From Utricularia gibba (Eukaryota; Plantae; Magnoliophyta): DNA of 64,000 bases. Shown here in pieces: positions 49,801 through 62,221 of this stretch. Under the pieces are notes generated by a model. It was not told where the DNA came from. It saw only the letters and a program-made list of their open reading frames with translations, and did not search any database. Position numbers and translations under genes: made by a program. Location: assembly GCA_002189035.1 (NCBI GenBank), contig NEEC01000004.1, positions 1,302,001 through 1,366,000 of the forward strand, given 5' to 3'. The number at the start of each line of letters is the position of its first letter. Position 1 is the stretch's first letter.

Positions 49801-51092
49801 ATGGCCACCTACCTCAGCCGGGTAAGTTTTCTGCGTCATTCGACACGGATCCGTTACCGGATCTGAGGACGGATCAGATGGGATCCGGCGACCACTTGTA
49901 ATCGACGTGTTTTTTTTCGTCGTAATCGCGAGGTTTGGATGGTGATTGATCGAAGTTTTTTGGATTTTAGGAGGCTTGTCCGACTATTAAGAACATTCTT
50001 CTATTGGATTCGGAAGGTAAACGCGTCGCGGTTAAGTATTACTCAGATGACTGGCCGACCAACACCGCGAAACTGGCTTTTGAGAAGTCTATTTTCACCA
50101 AAACTCAAAAGACGAATGCTCGCAGTGAAGGTGCAATCTTCGGATCCAAACCCTTGATTTGTGCCTTTACAGATGAGGGGATTTTTTTCCTTAGTAGCTT
50201 TTGATGTGCATACACAGCGGAGATTACCATGGTGGAGAACAATATCATTGTGTACAGATTTGTTCAGGATCTACACTTCTTTGTGACTGGTGGAGATGAT
50301 GAAAATGAGTTGATCCTTGCGTCTGTGCTGCAAGGATTCTATGATGCAGTCACCATTCTGCTCAGGTTTGTATTCGAGCTAGTATCTAGGTTGCTTGGTG
50401 TGTTCACACTGTTGACAATTTCTGGTGTCTTCGTTTTATTGTTCTAGGAACAATGTTGACTTAAGGGAGGCACTTGAAAATTTGGATCTCATTCTCTTGT
50501 GCCTTGATGAGATAGTCGATGGAGGGTACGCCCTCACCTCTGCTCTTTTACGCTGCTTTACATTCCAGACTTCTTGCTACAAGAGGACATCACCATTGAA
50601 CTTCCAAAGCCATCACATATCTACATGGTTGCCAGATAGATGCTCATGCATGAATATGGGGTTATTTGATTACTGATATTTAGCAGGAAGAGCTACGATT
50701 TTTTCGTTTTCTTCCTCTTCATTTCACCCCGACTGCTGCTTTGTGCATTTTACAATTGTTCTAGCATCCGGGAATGTTGCTTTGCATTCTTGTATTCACT
50801 GAACTCCTTTGTCTTCCCATGTTTGTTGAAGCATTGTGTCTGCATTTCAGGATCATTCTAGAAACCGATGGCAATGTCATTGCCAGTAAGGTTGGGTCAG
50901 CTAATGCAGAGGATGGTGCTCCTCTATCCGAGCAGGTGATTTATATGTGCATTGTTTTCCATCCAATACACTGGCCCTTCAGTCCGTATTCCATGATTTC
51001 CTGATGAAACTTGGCTTTGGTTAATTTCACAGACGATCACCCAAGCTCTGGCTACTGCTCGTGAGCATCTGACTAGATCGCTTCTGAGATAG
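49801..51092 (+). CDS. COPZ: Coatomer subunit zeta; multi-exon
   Basis: MATYLSR|[30 protein letters not shown]...|[15 protein letters not shown]...[17 protein letters not shown]...|[25 protein letters not shown]|IILETD...|[19 protein letters not shown]. Confidence 0.96.
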
Positions 51093-51922
51093 ATGGATGG
51101 ATTACTTCCACCCCAGGCCAATGTTTCAAGGATCATTCTATTTTGTTCTGTTCAGTGAGAAACAAAAGAATCAGTGTTGTAAGGTCACCTCCTGTTTGAC
51201 TCAAAGGTTTGGGACGATCGAAATCGTTGTTAAGTTTTTAAAAACCGAGATGTTTCAAGGATAAAACATGTCCCAGAACAGCCAAACTTGCAAGTCATTC
51301 ATCACGGATGACAAGCAAGCATTAAAGTTCTGTTTTTTGAATATCAGGGGATGGATTCATCAGGCAAAGCAGGCAGCCACTGTTCAACAACAGGCTCCTC
51401 CCAGCCACATCCCCATAACTTCTAGTTTCCGATACTCAAAAACACCATCTCTCAGCAAGCTTACACACGCCATTGACAACAAAGGTACTGACTTTGACGC
51501 TTCAGCTACATCTCAACCCTAGAAAAGTTTTCGGACTAATCGGAACTACGTCTTTCTCTAGTAAATTGCACCATCCTGAAACAACCAGAACAGCGGGGAT
51601 CGAAACGCTGTAAGAGAAAAGCCTCAAAATCAGCTTCATCGATGCCTGATTCTTCATGATGGCAGTCTATCCAACAGAACGGCATAAAAAGGTCGCATCC
51701 TAGCAAAACGATGCCGAAATAAAGGAACGAAAAACCGACGACAGCATCAGGGGCCTAGGCGAACTGCCAAAATCACCAAATCTAGCGTGAAATCGAAGCT
51801 TCGAACTGAAATCAGCATCGTTCAGGGCTGATTTATTTAAGAAGAGCATAAGCGCGGCGGCGGAGAAGAGGATATGCGAATCCTAGAGTTTGTAACCCTG
51901 CAACAGATGACAAGCCCTTTTC

Positions 51923-51943
51923 TAATTGGGCTAAGCCCAATTT
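51923..51943. promoter_or_regulatory. Palindromic pair of site II elements (TGGGCT/AGCCCA)
   Basis: AATTGGGCTAAGCCCAATT read directly. Confidence 0.5.
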
Positions 51944-54432
51944 AGAATAAGTGGTTTCTTGGCTAACGACCTATTCATCATAACGCTCATCGCCCTATTT
52001 GGAAGAATCGTATCCGTTGATCCACTTACTGCTATTAAATCAACGGAGAGGAACGAAAGACCGAAGATTGAGTCCCGTGGGTTCCTCGATTTCCAACCAT
52101 GTGCTGTACAGATGCCTCATTTCACAGTCATCAGAGTTCGTGTACTCTCCAAACCCTGAACAAGAAAATCTGTATAAAAAAATATGGCAATTCTGGAGGT
52201 GTAAAAGCAACAACATGATGCATACAGTGACTGGTGAGTGGATCTCCATTCTTCTCGGTGGCTGCAGAACAGGAACAGTTCGAATGTCGAAACAAGCACG
52301 AATTCTTGCATCTCTACACAGTAAGATTAACCGAGAAGGGCTTGCCACCTAAAAAACCTGGGAATTTCGATCAATGGAGAGAGATTATCAGCACCAGACA
52401 AACAACCAACCTAAGACAACGAGGTGGTAACTACATGATGCATACCAGCGCCCTCTGCTAATTGTATTCACCAATGCATGATCAATGAGTATGTGCTGCT
52501 CTGGTGAACAAAATAAAAGCTCCCACAATGAGAGGTCAGTAAAAAATCAAAGATGTAAATCTGGAGCAACTTTTACGTAGGCTTCTTTAGACAAGAAAAG
52601 GGAGCAATGAATCTCTTACAAGAGAACATTTTTTTTTTCAGATTCTTGCTGCGTATTGGCAACTTTGATTCGATAATTTGGTAGCAGGGTGTCCGAAGAA
52701 AGGAATGATTTCGCTATTGGGTTTCACACTTTTGCAAGGATTGAAAAAGGTAAAGCCACAGTGCTGCTTTCTTTTGATTTTTGCATGCTCGTTTTTTGGG
52801 ATCTTGGATCAGCAGCATGCAGCTTTTGTTCTATAATATGGTGTACACTGTGTTAGCGTTGATATTTCCTTCTTTGCCTTTAACTTTGAAACCCTTCTTT
52901 ACTACTTCGATAATGTTTTTTCTTGGTTTCCTTATTATGTTCATCATTTTGGTCATAATGCATGGTATATTTGTATAATATTATTCGTTTTGCATATCCA
53001 ATCTTCATAATTTTATATTTTTCTTTTTCTTAAAAAAAGTATCATATAAGTTTATGAGTGTATCAATATTTAATCACATATTATATTCTATTTATAATCA
53101 ATGTGGTATATCTTTACTAGACTCTTGATTTTATATTCCTAGTTTTCATCTCTCTCTCGCCATTGAGATTGGTACTTAATATTTTTAAAAATTAAAAAAT
53201 TATTTCCAACATGTTATCCCATATGTTTTAGAATAATGTCAAAATTAGTTTATTTTATGTTAACACATTGATAAAATTGATTCCTAATATTTTAATAATC
53301 AATAATTGAATACAAATAATTTCATTGCATGAAATAATTGATATAATTAATTTCCAATTAGATCAAATTAAATGCAACCAATCATGTCTAGTTTTTGAAT
53401 CGTGAAATACTGATTATGCTGGATATTCAAACAATGAAAACTAAAAAAAATCTAAATATAAAATTTTAGGTGCTTAAATATGTTTCATATACCACTCTGG
53501 AGAGTAATTATGTCTAATACACTAAACCTTAGAGATCCATTTTATTAGTAAAGACAAATTATGCAATTTATACAAAAATATGAATCAAAATATTAACAAT
53601 TTTTCATTATAATTTCCTCTTTCTCTCTCATACCATATGCCCTAATTTTGAACTGATCCAATAATTTCAAGAGTAGCGACTGAATAAATGTTGTGTGTTT
53701 TTTTTTTTTAATTTCCAGACAATTTACACTTTTTGTGAATTATCTTCTTGTCGATGGTGGTCTTATTTGACGAGTCATTTAGAAAATGTAAATCCTTGTT
53801 TAATTTATAGTCACTTTTATAGTATAATATATTAGTTATTTCACCCGAGAGCATGTGCGCGTGAGTTTAGTCTAACCGGCACCAGGCGAGGCCACCACAG
53901 CATGTCAGTAATGAACTTGGGAGACATCCTTTTTCCACACGCGCCTTTGAATTCATCACAATCTTGCCTCCTTTATTCGCCCGCAACACCATCCATCATG
54001 TACACACGAGCAGCCACGGGATAAAGTTGGTTTAGTTACATAATGGGATACTATATTTTTGAGTGATTTTGAAAAATACCCACTGTCAATTGAATGCATA
54101 AGAAAATTATACATTATTAATGTTTGAGAAATCATATATTTTTAGTGTATTATAAAATTGAAGACCCCAATATACAAATTTGATGTGAATATGCGAAGGA
54201 TGAAGTACCCACTAGTATAATAAATGACTACAGGGAAGGGCTCTCACATTGCACTCCACCCCATGTCGATCATTTTGCTTGGTATGTGTGTTGTTTTTTG
54301 AAGGTAAAAGGAGTAAAAAATGGTTGGGATGATTTTGTTACCTTAGAAATAAGGTGTATTAGGAGAGCCGTTTCGTTTCTAGTATAAAGCCTGGTGCCCC
54401 TGCAGCTGCTCTGCTGCATTTGTGCACAACCG

Positions 54433-54451
54433 TCTCTCTCTCTCTCTCTCT
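54433..54451 (+). repeat. (TC)9 microsatellite in the BG1-like 5' leader
   Basis: Read directly, downstream of TATAAA near 54385. Confidence 0.85.
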
Positions 54452-54685
54452 GTTTTTTTCTCTTTCTCCGGCTTCGTGGGCGGCCGTGGATTCCCGGCGG
54501 GGAGCTATCATTGGTTGGTTTACTTTGGGGCAAAGCAAAACACAGTGGGAAAAGGGGTTCTGTTTGTGTGTCTCTTGTGGTGTCTACGATTCTCTTTTTG
54601 CAGCTTTTGGTTTGTGTGTGTGCGGACAGTAAAGTGTTTGTCCACGGGATTGTCTTGTTTGCGCAGGGTAATAAATTTTAAACCC

Positions 54686-55708
54686 ATGGCGGAGAGGAGA
54701 GGCCATGGCAGGGAAGCTCAGGCTTCGTCATTGCCGCGATTCGGGTACTCTTCTCGAAGCCCCTCTTTCTCTTCTTCGCTGCTTGACGCTGTGTATCGGT
54801 CGATTGATTTGGGGGAGGAGGAGTTGGCTCTTCGTGGCGAGACGGTGAAAATGAAGGAGCGGCGTCTTCCCGGCGGGGGGATCAGGGGAGTGGAGAAGGA
54901 ACAGGGGAGTCTGCAGAGGGCGTCTGTGATTGAGAAATGGATCCAGGAGAAGAGCATTCAGGGGAATATTGGTGAACGGAGGAAACCTGGGGGGGTGTAC
55001 TACTGTGGCAACGCCGTGTCGGCGAAGGATGTGTTTCAGGGGCCGAGGCCGGTACGGACGGCGGTGGAGAAAAGCAAAAGTAAAAGTAAGGGTGGTGATG
55101 AAATCGAGGGTGGGGAGAATAAGCGTGAAGGAGGAGGATTTTCGAAGACGAAATCGCGGGCGACTAAAATCTACTGCGAATTGAAGAAAGTGAAACAGCC
55201 GATTTCTCCCGGTGGGAAGCTCGTCGAAATCCTAAATTCCCTTTTCGCCGGCAACCAAAAGAAGCACAAAATCGGCGCCGACACCCACTCCGGCAACACC
55301 TCAACCTGCTCCTCCGCATCCTCATTCTCCCGCTCAATCAACACCACCCAAACTCCCTCCTCCGCCGCCGCAAAAAGATCAGTCAAATTCTCCTCCGCAA
55401 ACGAGTACATCTCCAGAAACCCAATCCGCACAACCATCAGAAACGCCATCGACGCCGAGCTAACCACCGAATCCTCAACAGATCCGAAAACCCGCAACGA
55501 CTCCTACACAAAAGGAAAACATAATCCAACCCTTGACGAGGACGACGGAGCCAGCTGCGCCAGCTCTGACTTGTTCGAGCTGGAGAACTTGTCGGCCATC
55601 GGAATCATTGAGAAGCACAGGGAAAGCGGCGAAGACGATGAATTACCCGTTTACGAGACAACCAATCTCCGCACCAACCGCGCCATCGCGCAAGGCCTCA
55701 TCCTGTAA
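54686..55708 (+). CDS. BG1: BIG GRAIN 1-like protein, intronless
   Basis: PSFSSSLLDAVYRSID, LKKVKQPISPGGKLVEILNSLF, STCSSASSFSRS, DDGASCASSDLFELENL and ELPVYETT. Confidence 0.93.
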   Translation: MAERRGHGREAQASSLPRFGYSSRSPSFSSSLLDAVYRSIDLGEEELALRGETVKMKERRLPGGGIRGVEKEQGSLQRASVIEKWIQEKSIQGNIGERRKPGGVYYCGNAVSAKDVFQGPRPVRTAVEKSKSKSKGGDEIEGGENKREGGGFSKTKSRATKIYCELKKVKQPISPGGKLVEILNSLFAGNQKKHKIGADTHSGNTSTCSSASSFSRSINTTQTPSSAAAKRSVKFSSANEYISRNPIRTTIRNAIDAELTTESSTDPKTRNDSYTKGKHNPTLDEDDGASCASSDLFELENLSAIGIIEKHRESGEDDELPVYETTNLRTNRAIAQGLIL

Positions 55709-56927
55709 ACCTAATCCCCTACGTGGCAGTTCCATTTATTTAAAATATTATTTTTATTTCCTCCCTAAAAAAATATCACGCCTATTAATTAATAAATCAA
55801 CACGAAATCAATTTAATTAATGTGTCAAAATTCACTTAATTGTCCTAGTGACGGCGCGTTCAGTTAGTGATGGCGTGGTCATTGGATTAACATGTTGTCG
55901 GTTATTAATGAATGCATGCTCCCATGTGTACATTCATCGCCCACATGATGGTTTCGGTGAGCATACCAAAGTTCATATTAAATTTCACAATCGGGAATGT
56001 GATCCAAATTTAATTTGATTTGATTTCGAATTTAATTCACGTTAAATTCAGATTAAGTCAACTAATCACATTCAATATTTCTAGAAAGATATTTAAAAAT
56101 ATTGATAGTATAAATTTAAAACCGTGATTCAAATGATATAAAATAAAATCTATAAACAGAATTAATTTTGATATTATAAAATTGTTTGGATGATTGTATA
56201 AGATTATATTAGATAATTTAATCAAGTAAAATACATATTATAAATTTTATATATTTAAATTATTATATAAACTTATTTTTAATATATATAAATATTGAAT
56301 AATATAATTTTCTAATTAATCTTTATTTAATCAATAAAACATATATTCAATAAATTTAATTTCTTAAATTTATCACAGAATTCAAATTTATGATTTTAAT
56401 AAAAAATAAATAAATATTAAATAAAATCAATTCAAAAAAATATATACTCAGTTCCTACATTTAGATCAAAAATCGTTATGAAGTAATTTTAAATAAATGA
56501 TATGTTTTAAGCATGAAATGGAATCGAAATGTGCCATTGTGGGTTCGGTTATTTCGGTTATATTACTAAATGGATGGTCTTTATTTTCATTAATGTTATT
56601 CAGCTATAATTAATGCTTTTTTTTTACTCGTTCAATGAATCGAGTGAGCGCGATGGGGATCGAGCTGTCGCTGTCGAGGGTGTCCCTTTTGATTTGAGGC
56701 CAAATATTTCGGATGGTCGGGGATTGCAATATATTCGAAAATTCAAAAAATAAAATAAATAAAACTAAAACTACATATTTAATTCCAATATATTTAATTG
56801 AGAATTAGGTGGCCGGTTCGATTCAAGAATGGCGGTTTGGGGGTTTATTTGAAAAAAAATAAAAGAAAATAATTATTTTACTGTACCGCGGCTACAAAAT
56901 GAATATTTATTAAAAAAATAATTATCC

Positions 56928-56950
56928 GGGGGGGGGGGGGGGGGGGGGGG
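56928..56950 (+). repeat. G23 homopolymer
   Basis: Read directly. Confidence 0.9.
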
Positions 56951-58593
56951 ATTTAGGATTATTGCAACGTGGGCGTGGCCACACGGACGCCTTCATCCAA
57001 AACGCTGTCGTCTGGTGAGAGTACAAGTCACATCCGCCCGCACGTGACGGGCTGCCCCTCGTGCCCCTAAAAAGAGCACCGCCTGTTATCCAGCGCTTGC
57101 CTTGTCGTCTCCCATTTCAAATTTTCGAATTTTTTTGAACCAAAATAAAATAAAAAGGTTTTTTATTTCTTGCTAAGCGACAGAGGAATAGGAATTCAAA
57201 TTTGTTTATTGTTTGAAATAGATTTCAACGATTGCGGACCCTCTTTTGGATATTAAAAGATTAATGGGTTGAAATGTAAAATTGGACGTTTATGAAAAAT
57301 ATAAAATATCTTATTTGTGGACAGATCAGAATATTAATTAATATTGCATGATTGGATAGTTTTTTTTTAAAAAAAGTCTTAAATAAACTGTAGACAGGTT
57401 ATGGATTGGATTTTATGAAAATTATGCTTGAAATTATGTAAAATAGAATCAGTTTTAAAATTATGTGCATAAACTAAATTTGAGATTATAAAATTGTTTT
57501 GAGAGATAATATAAAATTTAATAAATTAAAATATATATTATGAAGTTTAATATATTATGATATAAATATATTTTTAAAATAGAAAAAAAATTAAATAACA
57601 TAATTTTTTTGATTAATCTATTACTTAATTTCTGAAACATAGGTTGAAGAAATTCAATAATTTCTAAGTTAATAATACAATTAGAATTTCTGATTTTATT
57701 ATCGAATGTCTAAAAATTACAATTTTAAAGAATTAAATAAAATCAATTCAAAAAATTAATAATACACCCGTCCTAGAACATGGAACACAGGGAACTCCCA
57801 ATTGGTAACATGTGTGGTCTGGTTGTGGCATACAAGTAGGAGAAGCCCACTTAGAGGTGGGTTCGATTCCGAACCGTCGGTTCCAAAACCGCGGTTCACT
57901 GTAAACAACGGTTCCGGTTTCGATTCGGAACCGTACGGACGAAGCCTTGAACCGAACAGAAACCGGAACCATACGGAAGGTTTCGATTCGAAATCGGAAT
58001 CGAGATTCGGGAACCGAACCGTAACCGGAACCGATCGGTTACTGTTTATAGGTGTTTTCTAGATATCCATATGAATCATTGTGGGTGCGTGACAGTTAAA
58101 TTTGTAATAATAATTATTATTTTTATATTTAAATATTATCAAACAATATATTTAATAATATTAATTTTTGTATTTAACTATATATATTATGTAATATAGT
58201 ATATTAATTTATAAAAAACTATAACTTAAATTACTTGATAAACTATCTCAATAAAATATAATTAAAATAAATATAATTTGTGACTTAAATAAATAAAATA
58301 AATAATTAAATTATTAGTATTTGAATATATATTTGATAAAATTAAATTTTTTAAAACAAATATAACAAGATTACAAATCATATAAAACGAATGGAATTAT
58401 TATTTATATATTTATTTTTTTAAAATGAAAATATTTATATAGTTGTTTTATATAATCTTTTATAAGTATTGTGTATTTTTCAAATTAAAATAAAACATCA
58501 TATATTTCATATATTTTGGAAACAAAATATTAGAAGTATTAAATACATTGGATTTTCAAAATTAACATAACATATTTCACGTCTTTTAATAAT

Positions 58594-58792
58594 CGTTAAA
58601 GGTGTACAGACTCCAGAGAAGATCCCAGACACCCTCAATAACGGATTAGAGTGGTTGAATAACCTCTAATCACAACCCTAATTCTAAAGTGCACACTGCC
58701 TTCGTTAAGAGTGTACAAACTCCAGAGAAGATCCTACGTACCCTGAATAATGGATCAGAGTACCTGGACGACCTCGAACGACAACCCTAATT
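58594..58792 (+). repeat. Diverged tandem repeat, period 109 bp, inside the hAT element
   Basis: CGTTAA..GTGTACA.ACTCCAGAGAAGATCC...ACCCT.AATAA.GGAT.AGAGT...ACAACCCTAATT starting at 58594 and 58703. Confidence 0.85.
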
Positions 58793-59173
58793 TTGAGTCT
58801 CACGATGTCGAGGCATTAGAGCCACCCTTAGAAATCATTATACGTGACTCAAAAATGAATTTAAAGGATCACTATTTACTAGAACTATCGAAATTATTCA
58901 ATAAATTTGAGTAATTTAGTATTTTTATATTGAGTTTATACATTTTATATTTATTAATTTCATTCTAATTTTATAATTTATAGTATATAAATAAATGAAA
59001 TAAATTATTAAAATGATAAAATTATCAGTAATTGAAAACATATATAATAAAATTAAATTTTTTTAAGACATCAATATTAGCTTGTGAGTGTTCAGGAAGA
59101 ACATCTCAAAGACAAAGACCAGCCACCCGCATTTACTCATGGCTTATGTAAAAGTGTTATGAGGGCGCCTGAA

Positions 59174-59213
59174 ATCATTTTCCAGTCACCTATATCATTT
59201 TCCAGTCACCTAT
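59174..59213 (+). repeat. Perfect 20-bp tandem duplication inside the hAT element
   Basis: (ATCATTTTCCAGTCACCTAT)x2. Confidence 0.9.
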
Positions 59214-60125
59214 ATCTATCATTTACCCACTTCCATCGTATGGGTGTTTGAAATCATATACATTTATTTATTTATTTTTTAATTTTTTAATTTTTTTTAA
59301 TTTTTTTTAATTTTTTTCAAATTTTTATTATTTTTATTATTTTTATTTCGATTCCGAACTGACGGTTTTGGTTCGGAACCGTGAACAGTACGGTTCATAC
59401 ACGGGTCGGAACCGTCGGTTCCACGGTTCCAAATTGCCGAACCGAATCAGAACCGTACGGACATCCACCTTCTGGAACCGAACCGGAGCCACGGTTCCGG
59501 TTCGAACCGAACCCACCTCTAAGCCAAGTGAACCAAAATCCACGGTCTTTTATTCTCTCTTGCGTTTTTGTGGGCTTTTTTTTCTTGGGGGAAAATGAAA
59601 GCAACGGAGGATTTGTATGGAAAAGAGGTAAGTTTGTGTGTTATTTTAAACTCCATGGATCTTTGATGCTGGAGGTTCGAGTGGAAATTTATCTCTCCAA
59701 AGAGCAAAGAGGACGCAAATGCTGTTCACAGAAGGACTACTCTGATCCAATAATGGGGATCAAGCGGAGTGATTAACGTCCAAGTGCATATTCTCGAAAG
59801 GAGTAGTGAAGATGGGTTGACTTTCCATTTGTATGCTGCTGCTGCTGCCCAAGATGGGTTTGCAGAGGTAGCGTCTGAACTTAATGCAAGAGTGCATGCT
59901 TGTTTCACAGGGAAAGCAGTAATGAGGAGCTATGAGATCAGAGCTTGTTCATGTAGAAGAAGCATACAAATGTTGGGCTACAAGGCAATGGCATCACGAG
60001 ACACAGCTCTGTGAGTGGAGGTGTATCCATGTTACATAAACTCGTTAATACAGATAAGACTGGGGAGGGAGATGATGCCTTACAATGAAGATAAAGCTTA
60101 CTTTGGGAGTCATAGTGTCTGTCCG

Positions 60126-60473
60126 TTAACTACTGGGTCTAATTCTCTTGTGTCCACCTTGTCCATCTGATTTGCTTGTCCCTGCAGAGTCTGCTTCAGA
60201 AGAAGCCTCCATGGATTTGGTGAAGGAGCAGGAGAGATCGGCATAGATATCGACAACCCTTCTGATGTTGTTATTGAGCTCTCTGATCAGACCCACGTTT
60301 CGGGTCAGGTTCACGGGGATCTTTGATTCTTGGTTCTGGTTAATCTCGTTGATTAAAAGGCGGTTCTGGTCAAGAATGTTTTGAACTTGCATGAAGTTTT
60401 TCTGCAGCTTCTGGAGAACCTTGCTCTCCAACTGTGCTGCATCCACAATCCCAGAAAACATATCGTCTTCCAT
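60126..60473 (-). CDS. EFL4: ELF4-like protein (EFL2/EFL4 type), 115 aa
   Basis: FMQVQNILDQNRLLINEINQNQESKIPVNLTRNVGLIRELNNNIRRVVDIYADLS. Probable 5' UTR intron about 61079-60498. Confidence 0.95.
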   Translation of the reverse strand: MEDDMFSGIVDAAQLESKVLQKLQKNFMQVQNILDQNRLLINEINQNQESKIPVNLTRNVGLIRELNNNIRRVVDIYADLSCSFTKSMEASSEADSAGTSKSDGQGGHKRIRPSS

Positions 60474-61770
60474 AATAACCTTACAGCTTCAACATTCCTG
60501 TAAGTTCACAAGAGAAGAAACATATGGGTGTAACTGGCCGGATCATAGCTTGAAAATCTGAATGCAAATACAGAATTTCTTGATCACCCACAAAACCTTA
60601 CTAGATTCAACGAAGAACACGAAAATCAGAGAAAACGCAGCTATAACAACAGGCTCAGTAGTGTTAGTGTTCTCTTTTTTCACAAAGAAGATGGTGCAAG
60701 AGGCGATGTCATGTAACAAAAATTCCATTCTCCTCCCAGGAGCTAAACAGAGTACAAGAATTCGATGCATGGAGATCCATTTGGGAACTCATGAAACATA
60801 AAAGGGCATGCGCTACAGAAACCTTTTAAGAATTCAAAATGCTAACAAGTACAAAAAGGTAAAATCTATTCAAAAAACACCACACTTTTCAGCAGGGTAC
60901 ATGAATTCCGCGACAAAGATTCAACCAAATGCAAATCTTTCTAAACGGAGGAAAGCCCAAGTTGTGGATCACAAGCCAACACATCCCAATTAGCCAACGC
61001 TCAGAAACCCAGATACAAAACTAGCCAGAACATAGAAAACGGGGAATACTCAGATCGTAGCGGAGTTGAGAGACTTACGACACAGTTCCGTTTTCTGCCC
61101 GAAAAGTTAGATACCAAAATTGAAGCCTTGTATAAAACAGGATCAGCCCCGGAATCAGGGAAAAAGAGGAGGCCTCCACCAACAAAAATGTTCGCGCATC
61201 TCGGATTCAACAACGACTCAACAGTAGCCCTCTGCTGTCGGCTTCTTGTATTAAATTCACTCTTTTCTCCTCGAAATGACCATTTCTGCTCTTACATACA
61301 CGAACGACTTTCTATAAGTCTTTCCGATTTTGCAGTTCAGTGCTTCTACTCTTGGCTTATTCCATCTTAGGTCCGGCCCAATACATTTTCAGCCCCAGTG
61401 AGGCCTTGGCCTCCATTGACAAAAAAACAAAGAGAGAGATTTGGGGTGCGCAGGTATGAAATTTTTCGATTTCAAGAATCCAATTTTTAGGGTGTGTTAA
61501 GAGTACATTATTTCAAAAACATGTTGAGAAACATATTCAAATAAAAGGAATATTAAAACAAGAAATCATTCAATTTCAAAATTCAAATTAAGGAATAGAG
61601 AAATAATAGAAAGAACATATAAACATTAATTAAAGTATATATATATATATACACACAAACACTTTGCACGCATCTGATTTCCCACGAAATCGTAACCCAA
61701 TTGCACGTAGCTCCTATCTTTGCTATAGAATACGGAATACTGTGTTCTAATTTGAAAGTCTATTTATTTA

Positions 61771-61980
61771 GAGTACGTTTGGTAAATTGGATAAATTATA
61801 TCAAGTATAATAAGGAATATATTAATAAGGATGATATGATAATATAATTTTATACTAACTTTTATTTTCTAATTATTTTATCTTATATTCATATGAGTAT
61901 AATTTATTCTATCTATTAAACATATTATTTTCTTTTTTTCATTTAATTATTCATTTTATACTTTACACCAAACACAATCT
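61771..61980. mobile_element. Possible degenerate Tourist/Harbinger-like MITE
   Basis: GTTTGGT (61777-61783) and ACCAAAC (61967-61973) bracket 210 bp of AT-rich DNA flanked by TTA and TAA. The TIRs are short and imperfect. Confidence 0.3.
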
Positions 61981-62221
61981 TAATATTTTCCCGTAATAAA
62001 CTGCTGCATAACCATGAAGGCAAGTGAATGTTAAAGAATTCAACAAGGAGTTACTACAGACATACCAACATGCATTTCCTACAATTAGTTACAGTGAATC
62101 AGGGGGCTCAAAAAACCTGACGTGCAGATGGAGCTTCTTCCTTGCTAAATTCCAAAACCGGGTGCACAGATGGAATGCGGAGTCCAGACTCTATACCCTT
62201 GTGGAGATCAGTAAGAGATCC

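Larger units (their letters stand above)
57852..59521. mobile_element. Non-autonomous hAT-type DNA transposon, 1670 bp
   Basis: Perfect 14-bp TIRs: TAGAGGTGGGTTCG (57852-57865) and CGAACCCACCTCTA (59508-59521). 8-bp flanks AGCCCACT/AGCCAAGT (6/8 identical). Dense AACCG/CGGTT subterminal arrays at both ends; AT-rich interior without a transposase ORF. Confidence 0.9.

Noticed and set aside
57748-59776. ORFs of 66-131 aa across the AACCG arrays
   Set aside because: Artefacts of the transposon's subterminal repeats.
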